The notes: a model not told the origin generated them from the sequence alone. A DNA stretch of 64,000 bases from Candidatus Yanofskybacteria bacterium RIFCSPHIGHO2_01_FULL_41_21 (GCA_001794025.1 MGJA01000007.1:219-64218); one strand, 5' to 3'. Positions 41,067 through 51,138 are shown, numbered from the stretch's first letter. Translations and numbers: made by a program.

Positions 41067-41600
41067 TTATTTAGAAGCGTATAACAACTTAAGTTTCTCA
41101 AGGCCCCTGTGTAACTGGACAGCGATGGTGTTTTTTGATTTTCCAGTAATGAGAGAAATTTCTTTAAGTGACAGATCTTGTACATAACGCATTCGCATCA
41201 CTTTTTGATACATTTTTGGAAGACGCTGAATTAAAAACAGGGCGGCCTTTCCGTCTAAAATATTGTGGAGACGCCCGGAATCGTCAGAGCTTGGTTCAAA
41301 TCCTTTTTCCAACAGAACATCAAGTGAAACTGTTTTGTGTTTTCTATATTCATCCACAATAAGGTTATTGAGAACGTGAAAGAGGAAGGCCTTCATTAAG
41401 TCAATTTTCCCGCCTTTGACCAAATAGGCCCATGTTTTTACAAAAGTGTCTTGTACTAAATCCTCACCCAAAGCGTGATTGTGGATCTTAAAAAAGGCAT
41501 ATAAATTAAGAGATTTTTCAAAATCATGATGGGCTTTAGTTAGAACTTTCTGTTGTTGTGCTTCTTTTTTTGATGCTATCATAAATCTTGACCGAAGCAT
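41067..41600 (-). CDS. ECF-type sigma-70 factor
   Basis: EDLVQDTFVKTW; NNLIVDEYRK; LSLKEISLITG..LHRG. Confidence 0.88.
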   Translation of the reverse strand: MLRSRFMIASKKEAQQQKVLTKAHHDFEKSLNLYAFFKIHNHALGEDLVQDTFVKTWAYLVKGGKIDLMKAFLFHVLNNLIVDEYRKHKTVSLDVLLEKGFEPSSDDSGRLHNILDGKAALFLIQRLPKMYQKVMRMRYVQDLSLKEISLITGKSKNTIAVQLHRGLEKLKLLYASK

Positions 41601-41661
41601 GACACACTAAATACACTATGGCAAGGTGTAATAATTATGATTTTATTACGGCTTTACTAGT

Positions 41662-42243
41662 ATGAAAAAAATTAAAAAAACCACAAAAAAGACCTCCAAA
41701 CACGTTGGGACTGATTTTGTTGGACATTTATGGCAAGAAAGTTGGACCTACATCAAAACAGTGGTTGATGTAGTACGAGAACCGATTTTAATTCTTGACC
41801 AGGACCTTCGTGTAATGACCGCTAACGAATCTTTCTACCGAATGTTTCAAGTTGAACCCAAAGACACCGAAAATAAGGTTGTCTACGAACTTGGGAACGG
41901 ACAATGGAATATCCCTTCTCTCCGAAAACTTCTGGAAAATATTCTACCTAAAAACACATTTTTTAAGGGTTTTGAAGTTGCCCATGAGTTTCCTTCCATC
42001 GGACGCAAAGTTATGATTTTAAATGCCCGCCAAATTCACCCCAAAGAGGATAAGGTTTCCGGAATATTTCCCCCTATTATTCTTTTGGCAATAGAGGATG
42101 TCAGTGATATGATGGTCATCGCCGAAACCCTTGCCGGTCATGTAAACCAGCTGGAAGCCAAGCATACGGACCGAACTAAAAAATTAGAAATTCATATCGG
42201 TAAATTACATAAAGAAATCAGCAAACTCAAAAAAAGGCCGTAA
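41662..42243 (+). CDS. Stand-alone PAS domain protein
   Basis: VREPILILDQDLRVMTANESFY..LGNGQWNIPSLR..MILNARQ. Confidence 0.85.
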   Translation: MKKIKKTTKKTSKHVGTDFVGHLWQESWTYIKTVVDVVREPILILDQDLRVMTANESFYRMFQVEPKDTENKVVYELGNGQWNIPSLRKLLENILPKNTFFKGFEVAHEFPSIGRKVMILNARQIHPKEDKVSGIFPPIILLAIEDVSDMMVIAETLAGHVNQLEAKHTDRTKKLEIHIGKLHKEISKLKKRP

Positions 42244-42252
42244 AAATATCTT

Positions 42253-42960
42253 TCACCCTCGCGCAATGGCCAGGGCAATGACCGATACCGCGCCCGCGTC
42301 TTTCAAGACGCGGGCGCATTCGTTGAGGGTGGCACCGGTTGTACAGACATCATCAACCAAAATTACATGACGATCCTTGAAAACTTCGGGCTTTTTACAT
42401 TTATACAGTCCTTGGACATTTAAAAGACGCTTGGGCCTGTTTTCAAGTTTGGCTTGAGGGATACTATCAACGGAACGAACTAATCCCTCGCCAATATCCA
42501 GACGATAATGACGAGCAATCAACCGAGCTAATAATTCGGCCTGATTAAATCCCCGCCAATATTCACGCTTTTTATGGAGCGGAACCGGGACCAATAGGGG
42601 ATTATTTTGAGCCATGGAAAAATGGTCCCGTTTAGCAAGGTGGTCTAGATATTTAAAAGATAACTGACTAAGAGGTTGGGCTAAATCATGCAAAAAATGA
42701 TACTTAAAAAGTTTAATAGTAGAAGCAACTGCGGGGTTTTTAAAATCACTTGCCACCAAGAGTTGATCTACGGCATATGAGTCCCGACAAAAGGTGCAGG
42801 TCTTACCTAAAGGCGTCGGACGTTGACAACCGATACATTCATTTTGTTTTTTGATGGGTAAAGAATTAAAACAAGAACGACAAAAATATTCATGATTCAA
42901 ATATTTTCCACAAACGATACATCGATAAGGAAAGACAAGGTCAATAAACCATTTAAACAT
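42253..42960 (-). CDS. comF: ComF family competence protein
   Basis: Zinc-finger N-terminus; RGFNQAE; LVDDVCTTGATL. Confidence 0.92.
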   Translation of the reverse strand: MFKWFIDLVFPYRCIVCGKYLNHEYFCRSCFNSLPIKKQNECIGCQRPTPLGKTCTFCRDSYAVDQLLVASDFKNPAVASTIKLFKYHFLHDLAQPLSQLSFKYLDHLAKRDHFSMAQNNPLLVPVPLHKKREYWRGFNQAELLARLIARHYRLDIGEGLVRSVDSIPQAKLENRPKRLLNVQGLYKCKKPEVFKDRHVILVDDVCTTGATLNECARVLKDAGAVSVIALAIARG

Positions 42961-43065
42961 AGTCGGGTAGTGGGCTCACTTTCATACTTATACGAAAGTA
43001 TGGGGATAAATCATGACATTGACAAAAGATTCTTGTGATATACTTGATTTAGTTAATCTCTCTGT

Positions 43066-44133
43066 ATGTTTAATCTTTTTGGATCAAAAAGCAAACTCGG
43101 TATTGATATAGGTACCGCTTCGATTAAAATCGTTGAGCTTGAAACCAATAGTAATCGCTTCACGCTTAAAAACTATGGTCTGTTTGAAATGAAGAACAAC
43201 AAGAATGCCAACAATAGTCCGACTGCTCAAGCGGGGGAGCAAAGTATTTTAAAACTTCCTGACAGTGAAATTATTTGGGGGATTAAAGAAGTTCTTAGTA
43301 AGTCCAAAATATCCGGCCGTGATGTTGTTGCCTCTATCCCGGCTTTCTCAACTTTTGCTACCGTCATTCAAATGCCATATCTGTCCGAAGATGAGCTGGC
43401 TAAAGCCATTCCATTTGAGGCCCGTAAATATGTACCCATTCCTCTTGAAGAAGTTATATTGGACTGGTCTATTATTGGTGTTACCGGTGAAAGCACTAAA
43501 CCAACGGTAGAAATCTTTCTTGCCGCCGTTCCTAAAGATGAAACGGCCCGCTATCAAGGCATAATGGCTGGCGCCGGATTAAATTTAAAAGCGCTGGAAT
43601 TGGAAAACTCCTCTCTTATCCGAGCCCTTCTTGGTAATGACCTCGCCCCAACAGCAATCGTAAATATCGGGGGACGAAGTACGTCAATCGTCATCGTTAG
43701 TAAGGGTTACGAACGTCTTTCCCATAATTACGAAGTTGGCGGATTTGAAATCACCAAGAGTATCTCCCGTTCCCTAAATATCAGCATTGAAAAAGCCGAC
43801 GAACTCAAAAAACGTCTGGGAATGAAACCGAACGATGAAAATATTATCAATGAAGCCATGAGCGCCCTTATTGATATGATGGCTTTTGAAACCAAAAAAA
43901 CCATAAGTTCGTTTGAAAATTCCCGAGGCGAGAAAGTGGCCCGCATATTATTGGTCGGGGGAATGGTCAACATGCCCAATTTCCTGAATTATTTTAAACA
44001 AAAACTTGGCCAAGAAGTATTCGCCGGAAATGCTTTTGCCCGAATCGTCTATCCCCAAGGTCTTGCCCCGGCAATTGGAGAACTGGCCAGTACTTTTGCT
44101 GTAGCCGCGGGTCTGGCAATGCGAGATATATAA
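43066..44133 (+). CDS. pilM: Type IV pilus assembly protein PilM
   Basis: GIDIGTASIKIVE, EARKYVP, NIGGRST. Confidence 0.9.
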   Translation: MFNLFGSKSKLGIDIGTASIKIVELETNSNRFTLKNYGLFEMKNNKNANNSPTAQAGEQSILKLPDSEIIWGIKEVLSKSKISGRDVVASIPAFSTFATVIQMPYLSEDELAKAIPFEARKYVPIPLEEVILDWSIIGVTGESTKPTVEIFLAAVPKDETARYQGIMAGAGLNLKALELENSSLIRALLGNDLAPTAIVNIGGRSTSIVIVSKGYERLSHNYEVGGFEITKSISRSLNISIEKADELKKRLGMKPNDENIINEAMSALIDMMAFETKKTISSFENSRGEKVARILLVGGMVNMPNFLNYFKQKLGQEVFAGNAFARIVYPQGLAPAIGELASTFAVAAGLAMRDI

Positions 44134-44279
44134 GTAGCCGTCCAAGAGCAAAGCGATTGGTAACGGGTACTTACCCGCCTCTGGCGGGTCCAACAAATAA
44201 ACATGTTGACAACAAAAGACACGAAAGTGAAATAGTGGGATATAATATATAAAAGAATCGATTTAATTTTTATAAATGG

Positions 44280-44413
44280 CCGGGTAGTGAAAATTCGACT
44301 GGTTTTCTTTAGTGCCATTCGTAATACTACATCCGATCATAATAATCTAGATATTCGTACATTGTAGCTAACCTAAGAAAACGCTAGCGCAAGTCGAATT
44401 TCTACTATCCCGG
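44280..44413. mobile_element. Inverted-repeat element inserted at the pilN start
   Basis: ccgggtagtgaaaattcgact / agtcgaatttctactatcccgg; ATGGCC on the left and GTGGCC on the right. Confidence 0.6.
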
Positions 44414-44967
44414 TGGCCGATAAAGGCGGACTACAATTACTCCCCGAGACCAGAAAGAAGATAGACATTAAAATTCCCGGAGAAAATAGATTGATTCTCA
44501 TAGGCATTGGTCTTGTTGTTTTGGTATTACTATTTGCTGGAGGGTTGTGGATGTATAGCAATAATCTCACTGACCAAATCAGTACCGCCGACAAACAACT
44601 CGCCGACCTGGAGGCCCAGCGCGATAAAAAAGTTGAACAAAATTTAGTCACCCTTTCCAAACAAATTGTTTTAACTAGTCGGATTCTTGAAGATCATATC
44701 TATTGGTCTACGGGATTCTCTAAAATTGAATCTGCCCAACAAAGTAACGTTCAGTTTAAATCACTTTCGGCCGTCTTAGGCGAGAAAAGTATCCGTGTCA
44801 GAGCCCTTAGTGATAACTACACCACTATCGCCAGACAATTGGCCGCCTTTGTGGCTGATAATTCAGTTAAAGATGTCTCTCTTGATAGTGTCAGCACGCT
44901 TACATCCGGTAAACTGGACTTCAATATCAAGATTAAGTTTGATGAGACCAAATTCTTAAAAAATTAA
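44413..44967 (+). CDS. PilN-like protein
   Basis: Position after pilM; TM plus coiled coil. Confidence 0.7.
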   Translation: MADKGGLQLLPETRKKIDIKIPGENRLILIGIGLVVLVLLFAGGLWMYSNNLTDQISTADKQLADLEAQRDKKVEQNLVTLSKQIVLTSRILEDHIYWSTGFSKIESAQQSNVQFKSLSAVLGEKSIRVRALSDNYTTIARQLAAFVADNSVKDVSLDSVSTLTSGKLDFNIKIKFDETKFLKN

Positions 44968-45087
44968 TTCATCCCGTTAGAAGTGAGCCCTACAAATAAA
45001 ATTATGAAAATCATTAAATCACACATATGTAATTTGCCACCACTACAATATGGTGGACAATTCGTAACACTTCTAACGGGATGAATT
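44966..45087. mobile_element. MITE-like element with 20-bp inverted repeats abutting the pilO ATG
   Basis: aattcatcccgttagaagtg / cacttctaacgggatgaatt; homologous to 52504-52613. Confidence 0.8.
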
Positions 45088-45611
45088 TATACAGAACATA
45101 CATTGGAGCCACCCTCGTTGCCATCGCCGGAATTATTTTCTGGACAATGGTTGTGCCGGCTTATGATGATATCCTTGTTAAACGCGACGCTATCGCGGAG
45201 AGAACCGATATCATTAAGACCAGAAGCGATATTTTATCCAATATTAAGGCCTTGAGTTTAGAATATTCCAATAAAGCCACGGATATAACCCGTTTTGCAT
45301 CCATGGTACCCGAAAAAAAGGGCGTACCGGAACTTCTTTCTTCTATTCAAGCCCTTGCCACTCAAAATGGACTCCAACTCACAACAATTGCTTTAAGTGA
45401 AAATAGTAATCCTGGAGCAGCAGATTATCAAACACAATTAATTGACCTTGGTCTTAATGGTGGCTATCTGGCCTTTAAATCTTTCCTAATGGCTCTTGAA
45501 AGAAACATCCGTCTCATTGATATTATATCTATAAGTGCCAGTCCGGTTTCTGAAGATTCTCCGATTATAAATTTTAGTATTAAGGGGAATGCTTATTATT
45601 TAAAACAATGA
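45081..45611 (+). CDS. pilO: PilO-like protein
   Basis: GGYLAFKSFLMALERNIRLIDI. Confidence 0.8.
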   Translation: MNLYRTYIGATLVAIAGIIFWTMVVPAYDDILVKRDAIAERTDIIKTRSDILSNIKALSLEYSNKATDITRFASMVPEKKGVPELLSSIQALATQNGLQLTTIALSENSNPGAADYQTQLIDLGLNGGYLAFKSFLMALERNIRLIDIISISASPVSEDSPIINFSIKGNAYYLKQ

Positions 45612-45883
45612 CACCCTCACAATCATCTTCAAAACTTTATATTGCCCTCATTGTCCTAGTCGGACTTATCGGTGGTTATATTATTTACAGTCAATGGATA
45701 AAACCTACCGAGGCGATGATACCGCCACCAACTGTCGGAAGTCAGGATGGCTTGTCAACGCTTAAAAATCTAAAAATAGATTTCAAGGTCCTTGATAATT
45801 CCACCTACAAAGGGCTTATCACCTCCGGTGAATCACCCGTCAATCCCGGGATAACCGGCAAGAAAGACATCTTTGCACCATAA
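45608..45883 (+). CDS. Small membrane protein of the pilus operon
   Basis: TM segment; C-terminal GKKDIFAP. Confidence 0.65.
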   Translation: MTPSQSSSKLYIALIVLVGLIGGYIIYSQWIKPTEAMIPPPTVGSQDGLSTLKNLKIDFKVLDNSTYKGLITSGESPVNPGITGKKDIFAP

Positions 45884-46015
45884 GCTTTTGTCCAAGAACG
45901 CGGTGATTGGTTACAAAAGTTTACCCCCTCACTCTTTTCAGCTTGAGTGAGGGGGTGACAAGTTTCTAGCAACTCAGCGTCGCAGCAACTGCTCGCTTCG
46001 TTGAGAAACATAGTC

Positions 46016-47770
46016 ATGCCTCAACAAATACCCACGACTCTATTCCAAGAACTCATCAGGACCAAGATTATTACTCCTGAACAGGGTGAAAATATTCAAG
46101 ATATAGCCAAGAAAGAGGGGGGGGACTTGGGTCAAATTTTAATTGGACAAGAAATTATATCCGATGAAGATCTCGCCACCCTTAAATCAAAACTCTACCG
46201 ACTGCCAATTATGCATCTCGCGGATATTGAGCTTAGCCACGAGGCCCTCAAAGACGTCGGGGAAAACGTGGTCAATTTTTACAAAATCACGCCTTTTGGA
46301 AAAGAAAACTCGGTTCTTAGGGTTGGTGTTCTAAACCCGGAAGACGTTGAGGCCTTGGAAGCCCTAAAATTTGTCGCTGCCGATAAGGGTCTTACTCTTG
46401 AGAAATACGTCATTACTTACAAGGACTTCAATGCCATCACAAGAAACTATCGGACTCTTTCCGGAGAAGTCGGAAAAGCGATTGAATCACTCAATGAAGA
46501 ATTTGATAAAAAAGTTACGGTTGCCCCCGGCCAAGGTCTAGAAGAAATAACCGCTGAAGCGCCGGTTACCAAAATCGTGGCGGTCGTTATTCGTCACGCC
46601 GTTGAATCACGGGCTTCGGATATCCATATTGAACCCTTTGAGGACCGAGTTCGGGTCAGGTTTCGTATTGACGGCATTCTTGTTATCGCTCTCACTCTCC
46701 CCAAAAACCTGGCCTCGGCCGTGGTTACGCGTATCAAGATTTTATCAGACCTAAAAATTGATGAGACCCGGTTGGCCCAAGACGGCCGATTCTCTACCCG
46801 CCTCAATGACCGCAAGGTTGACTTTCGTGTCTCAACTTTTCCCACCAAAAATGGAGAAAAAGTCGTGATGCGTATTTTAGATCCGCTTTCCGGTTCAATT
46901 GATTTGCCTGATTTGGGTCTTGATGGACGTTCTTTGGAAGTTGTTGTTAGGGCTATGGCTAAACCATTCGGTTCCATTCTTATTACCGGCCCGACTGGTT
47001 CCGGTAAATCAACCACGCTTGCCGGAATGCTCAAACGTATCAACACTGATGATTTAAATATTGTTACGCTTGAAGACCCGATTGAGTATTATGTAGATGG
47101 TGTCAACCAATCCCAGATTCATGAAGAAATCGGATATACTTTTGCTTCAGGATTACGCCACATTCTTCGTCAGGACCCTGACGTCATTATGGTGGGAGAG
47201 ATCAGAGACAAGGAAACGGCTTCTTTGGCCACCCAGGCCGCTTTGACGGGCCACATCGTGCTTTCTACACTCCACACCAATGACGCTATTGGTGTCGTAC
47301 CCCGTCTTATTGATATGGGTGTTGAGAAATATCTTATTCCCTCCACATTAAACGTCGCGGCCGCTCAACGTCTATTACGTCGATTATGTACGGAATGCAA
47401 ACTAAAGGTTAAGGCCAACCCGGCCGAGACGGTTATCATTGAGACCGCCCTAAAAGATATGCCCGCTTCTTATCAAAAAGAATTTTTATCAAAAAATGGT
47501 TATGAAATCCATAAACCCAACCTTGAAAATCCCTGTAAGGTCTGTGGCGGTAAGGCCTTCAAAGGACGATTGGGTATTTTTGAAATGATGGAAATGACAA
47601 CCGAGTTTGAAAAGATAATTCTGGGGAATATTTCCGAATCGGATATGCGCGCCGAGGCTAAGCGTCAAGAAATGATAACGATGTTTCAGGATGGCATTTT
47701 AAAAGTACTGAAAGGTGTAGTATCATTAGAGGAACTACTGGAAGTCGCTCAAGCGGGGGAGAGCGCCTAA
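46016..47770 (+). CDS. pilB: Type IV pilus assembly ATPase PilB/GspE
   Basis: ASDIHIEP, GPTGSGKST, LRQDPDVIMVGEIRD, STLHTN. Confidence 0.95.
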   Translation: MPQQIPTTLFQELIRTKIITPEQGENIQDIAKKEGGDLGQILIGQEIISDEDLATLKSKLYRLPIMHLADIELSHEALKDVGENVVNFYKITPFGKENSVLRVGVLNPEDVEALEALKFVAADKGLTLEKYVITYKDFNAITRNYRTLSGEVGKAIESLNEEFDKKVTVAPGQGLEEITAEAPVTKIVAVVIRHAVESRASDIHIEPFEDRVRVRFRIDGILVIALTLPKNLASAVVTRIKILSDLKIDETRLAQDGRFSTRLNDRKVDFRVSTFPTKNGEKVVMRILDPLSGSIDLPDLGLDGRSLEVVVRAMAKPFGSILITGPTGSGKSTTLAGMLKRINTDDLNIVTLEDPIEYYVDGVNQSQIHEEIGYTFASGLRHILRQDPDVIMVGEIRDKETASLATQAALTGHIVLSTLHTNDAIGVVPRLIDMGVEKYLIPSTLNVAAAQRLLRRLCTECKLKVKANPAETVIIETALKDMPASYQKEFLSKNGYEIHKPNLENPCKVCGGKAFKGRLGIFEMMEMTTEFEKIILGNISESDMRAEAKRQEMITMFQDGILKVLKGVVSLEELLEVAQAGESA

Positions 47771-47804
47771 TCAATTCCTAAGTCCTAATTTCTAATTCCT
47801 AATA

Positions 47805-48875
47805 ATGAACGATCCACAAAAGTATCTTGAAGAATTAATGGCAACCGCCACCCAAAATGGTGCCTCGGATTTACATCTTTCACCTTCAGTTCATCCAACA
47901 ATCCGGGTGGACAGTCGTCTTGTCCCTCTCGTAAATCACGAAATTTTAAGTTCAGAAAATTTAAAAGAAATCATCTCCGCCCTTCTTGGCCCAAACCGTT
48001 TGGCTCGTTTCGTTTCAGAAAAAGAATTGGACTTCTCAATTGAGATGAACAGAAACCGTTATCGTGTTAACGCTTATCAGACCAAGGGATCCTACGCAGC
48101 CACTCTTCGACTTATTCCAACCCAGATTAAGACCTTAGCCGAACTTAATCTGCCTCCGATACTAAACATATTTACTAAACTTTCCCAAGGATTTGTCCTT
48201 GTTGTTGGCCCAAACGGTCAAGGCAAATCAACAACTCTGGCCAGCATGCTTAGTACCATCAACAAAGAAAGAGGCGAAAAAATAATCACTATTGAAGATC
48301 CCATTGAATATATTTTCACACCGGAAAAAAGTATTGTGGACCAACGGGAAATTGATCAAGATACACTTTCTTTTGATAAGGCCATTCGGGCTTCATTAAG
48401 AGAAAATGTTAACGTCCTTTTGTTAAGTGATATGAGGGATTATGAGACCATGAGCGCGGCCATTACCGCTGCCGAGACCGGCCATCTAGTTTTTGCCACT
48501 TTACATACCAATAGTGCTTCTCAAACGGTTGAACGAATCATCGGAAGCTTCCCACCAAATCAACAGGCACAAATTAGAAGCCAACTCGCTTCTACTATCT
48601 CCGGAGTTATATCCCAACGTCTCATTCCCAGAATTCAGGGTGGCCTTATTCCGGCAGTGGAAGTCATGATTGCCACCTCCGCGATTCGGACTATTATTAG
48701 AGACAACAAGCCCAGACAGCTTGATCAAACCATTGAAACCAGTCAAAACGTCGGCATGATATCGTTAGATAAATCACTGGCTGATTTAGTCAGAAGAAAA
48801 GAGATAAGCTTGGAGCGGGCTGAATTCTATTCTATAAACCCGGAACTCATGCGAACCTATAATCAAAATCAATAG
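47805..48875 (+). CDS. pilT: PilT-family retraction ATPase (variant Walker B)
   Basis: ASDLHL, GPNGQGKST, AAETGHLVFATLHT, AIRTIIRD. Confidence 0.9.
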   Translation: MNDPQKYLEELMATATQNGASDLHLSPSVHPTIRVDSRLVPLVNHEILSSENLKEIISALLGPNRLARFVSEKELDFSIEMNRNRYRVNAYQTKGSYAATLRLIPTQIKTLAELNLPPILNIFTKLSQGFVLVVGPNGQGKSTTLASMLSTINKERGEKIITIEDPIEYIFTPEKSIVDQREIDQDTLSFDKAIRASLRENVNVLLLSDMRDYETMSAAITAAETGHLVFATLHTNSASQTVERIIGSFPPNQQAQIRSQLASTISGVISQRLIPRIQGGLIPAVEVMIATSAIRTIIRDNKPRQLDQTIETSQNVGMISLDKSLADLVRRKEISLERAEFYSINPELMRTYNQNQ

Positions 48876-48907
48876 AATAGCCCTCCTACGCTAAAGCTTC
48901 GGACGGG

Positions 48908-48970
48908 CACTTCTTCGCTCACCAGCAAGAAATGCCTGCACTTCGAAGCTCCAGCAGGAGCGAAGAAGTG
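48908..48970. mobile_element. 63-bp inverted-repeat element ending in the probable pilC GTG start
   Basis: cacttcttcgctc / gagcgaagaagtg, followed by gag tat aaa tac. Confidence 0.55.
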
Positions 48971-50170
48971 GAGTATAAATACCAAACCAAAAATGCAGAC
49001 GGTCAGATTGTGGAGGGGATTATAGACGCGCCATCAGAAGATAGCGCTATTTCTATTCTTCACAGCAAACAAGTCGTTGTTTTATCACTTGAAGAATTTA
49101 AGAAAGACGTTTTTTCTAAAGACCTGAACCAGGTTTTATCAAGAACAACAACAAAAGATATTGTTGTGTTCACACGTCAAATGGCGACACTCATTGAGGC
49201 CGATATGCCCCTCGCCGAAGGTCTTCGTACTCTTGCTCAACAAACCGAGAAACCGGGATTAAAAAAGATAGTCATGGATGTTGCCAAAAATGTTGAAGGG
49301 GGTTCTTCATTGTCATCGGCCCTAAGCAACCACCCCAAGGTATTTACCACTTTCTATATTAAACTGGTCCAATCCGGAGAGGTCTCCGGTAAACTTCAGG
49401 CATCATTATCATATCTGGCTGATTACCTTGAACGCAGTCAAAGTATTAATTCCAAAATAAGAGGAGCGTTAATTTATCCGGCCTTTGTGGTCTCGGCCAT
49501 GATTATCGTTATGCTGATTATGGGCGTCTACGTTTTACCCCAATTGCTTTCAATATTTGAGGACTCGGGCATCACCGAATTACCAATCACGACCAGAATA
49601 CTGATGGCCGGTACGGACTTTCTTAATAATTACCTCTATTACATCTTACTGGTCTTAATCGTTGGGGGCTTTCTAACCGTCCGATTCTTAAAAACAACTA
49701 AAGGTAAGATTTGGCGAGACAACTTCTTAGTCACTATGCCTAGTTTGGGAAAAGTTATTCAAAATCTTTACTTGGCTCGCGTATCCGAGAGTTTGTCTAC
49801 CCTCATTAAGTCGGGGCTACCAATTCTTGATGCTTTGCATATAGCATCCGACCTTGTTGGCAATGAAAACTATAGAAGAATCATTATCGCGGCCGAGGAA
49901 AATGTTCGAAATGGCGGTAATATATCCGAAATTCTTAGCCAATATGCCGAAATGCCACCATTGTTCAGCTCTATGGTCGCCATCGGGGAAAGGACGGGCA
50001 AGCTTGACTACATGCTTGAACACGTCTCTAAATTTTATAAGTCCGAGTCCGAAACAGCCATTGGAAGCATCACCCAGTTAATTGAGCCAATACTGGTCCT
50101 CGTCCTTGGTTTCGGTGTCGCCATCTTGGTTTCCAGTATTTTGTTGCCAATTTATAGTATGGTGGGTTAA
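48968..50170 (+). CDS. pilC: Type II secretion system F / PilC platform protein
   Basis: FTRQMATLIEA, GEVSGKL, IYPAF, GERTGKL, LIEP. Confidence 0.93.
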   Translation: MEYKYQTKNADGQIVEGIIDAPSEDSAISILHSKQVVVLSLEEFKKDVFSKDLNQVLSRTTTKDIVVFTRQMATLIEADMPLAEGLRTLAQQTEKPGLKKIVMDVAKNVEGGSSLSSALSNHPKVFTTFYIKLVQSGEVSGKLQASLSYLADYLERSQSINSKIRGALIYPAFVVSAMIIVMLIMGVYVLPQLLSIFEDSGITELPITTRILMAGTDFLNNYLYYILLVLIVGGFLTVRFLKTTKGKIWRDNFLVTMPSLGKVIQNLYLARVSESLSTLIKSGLPILDALHIASDLVGNENYRRIIIAAEENVRNGGNISEILSQYAEMPPLFSSMVAIGERTGKLDYMLEHVSKFYKSESETAIGSITQLIEPILVLVLGFGVAILVSSILLPIYSMVG

Positions 50171-50181
50171 TTTTAGTGTTG

Positions 50182-50471
50182 ACACTCACACCTAGTCGGC
50201 TTTATGTATTATTTTTATATTCTGAAAAATGATGAAGGGGGTCTTTATTTTGGTTATACATCAGATTTAAAAAAGAGGATTGAGCAACACAATTCTTCAA
50301 CAACAAGAACAACAGCGGGTAAGCATTGGAAAGTTATATATTATGAAGCTTATTATTCTCAATCCGACGCAAAACACAGAGAATATAGTATAAAGTTGCG
50401 TGGAAATGCTTACCTTCAACTGAAAAGAAGAATTAAGAATTGTGTTGCTGAAGCCGACTAGGTGTGAGTGT
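50182..50471. mobile_element. 290-bp element: solo GIY-YIG gene enclosed by perfect 21-bp inverted repeats
   Basis: acactcacacctagtcggctt (50182-50202) / aagccgactaggtgtgagtgt (50451-50471); GTTGAC/GTTGAT flanks. Confidence 0.85.
50204..50461 (+). CDS. Solo GIY-YIG nuclease (85 aa)
   Basis: MYYFYIL..LYFGYTSDLKKRIEQHN..YYEAY..DAKHRE. Confidence 0.9.
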   Translation: MYYFYILKNDEGGLYFGYTSDLKKRIEQHNSSTTRTTAGKHWKVIYYEAYYSQSDAKHREYSIKLRGNAYLQLKRRIKNCVAEAD

Positions 50472-50541
50472 TGATATCTTAACTTGTACTTTCTAATGAA
50501 CGGCTCATAATAGAGCTAATAAACTAATCTAATTTTCAACC

Positions 50542-51066
50542 GTGTCTATTAAAAAACACTTTCGTCTCTCTAGAGGTTTTACGTTAGTTGAATTGTTGGT
50601 CGTTATCGCTATTATCGGTATTTTGGCGACCTTACTTCTTCTGCAATTAGGTGTCGCTCGTCAACGCGCTAGAGACGTCAAGCGTATTGCTGATGTTAAT
50701 CAGTTAAGAACTTCTGTGGAACTCTACTATGATGATAATGGTTCATATCCGGCCGATATTACTAATACCGAATTAAGTAAATACATGGTTCGGGTTCCAA
50801 CCGACCCATTAGTTGCTGCTACTACTTACGGCTACAAAACAAAAACCGCTGCTAAATTACAGTACCAGGTCTGGACCGAACTTGAACAAAAAGCTCTTGG
50901 TGCTCTTAATGCCGATGCCGACATTAATGCTAGTGCATGGGCTGGACCAGGTAACGCCAGGGGAGGCGTTGATGGCAGAGGGGAAGCCCCGGGTGTCGCT
51001 GAGGCCTGCGCAAACAGTGATACAACAGATAACGAATGTGTCTACGACCAAGGTCAAAATATGTAA
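50542..51066 (+). CDS. Type IV pilin (probable major pilin)
   Basis: RG|FTLVELLVVIAIIGILA; terminator at ~51080-51120. Confidence 0.9.
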   Translation: MSIKKHFRLSRGFTLVELLVVIAIIGILATLLLLQLGVARQRARDVKRIADVNQLRTSVELYYDDNGSYPADITNTELSKYMVRVPTDPLVAATTYGYKTKTAAKLQYQVWTELEQKALGALNADADINASAWAGPGNARGGVDGRGEAPGVAEACANSDTTDNECVYDQGQNM

Positions 51067-51138
51067 CCTCTTATCATAACAATATAAAAACCCCCGCTAA
51101 GTCAGGGGTTTTTATATTGTTATGATATAATTCAACCA

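Noticed and set aside
44280-44413. 6S RNA or tmRNA
   Set aside because: Too short, no tRNA-like ends, and flanked by a duplicated start-codon context that fits an insertion better.
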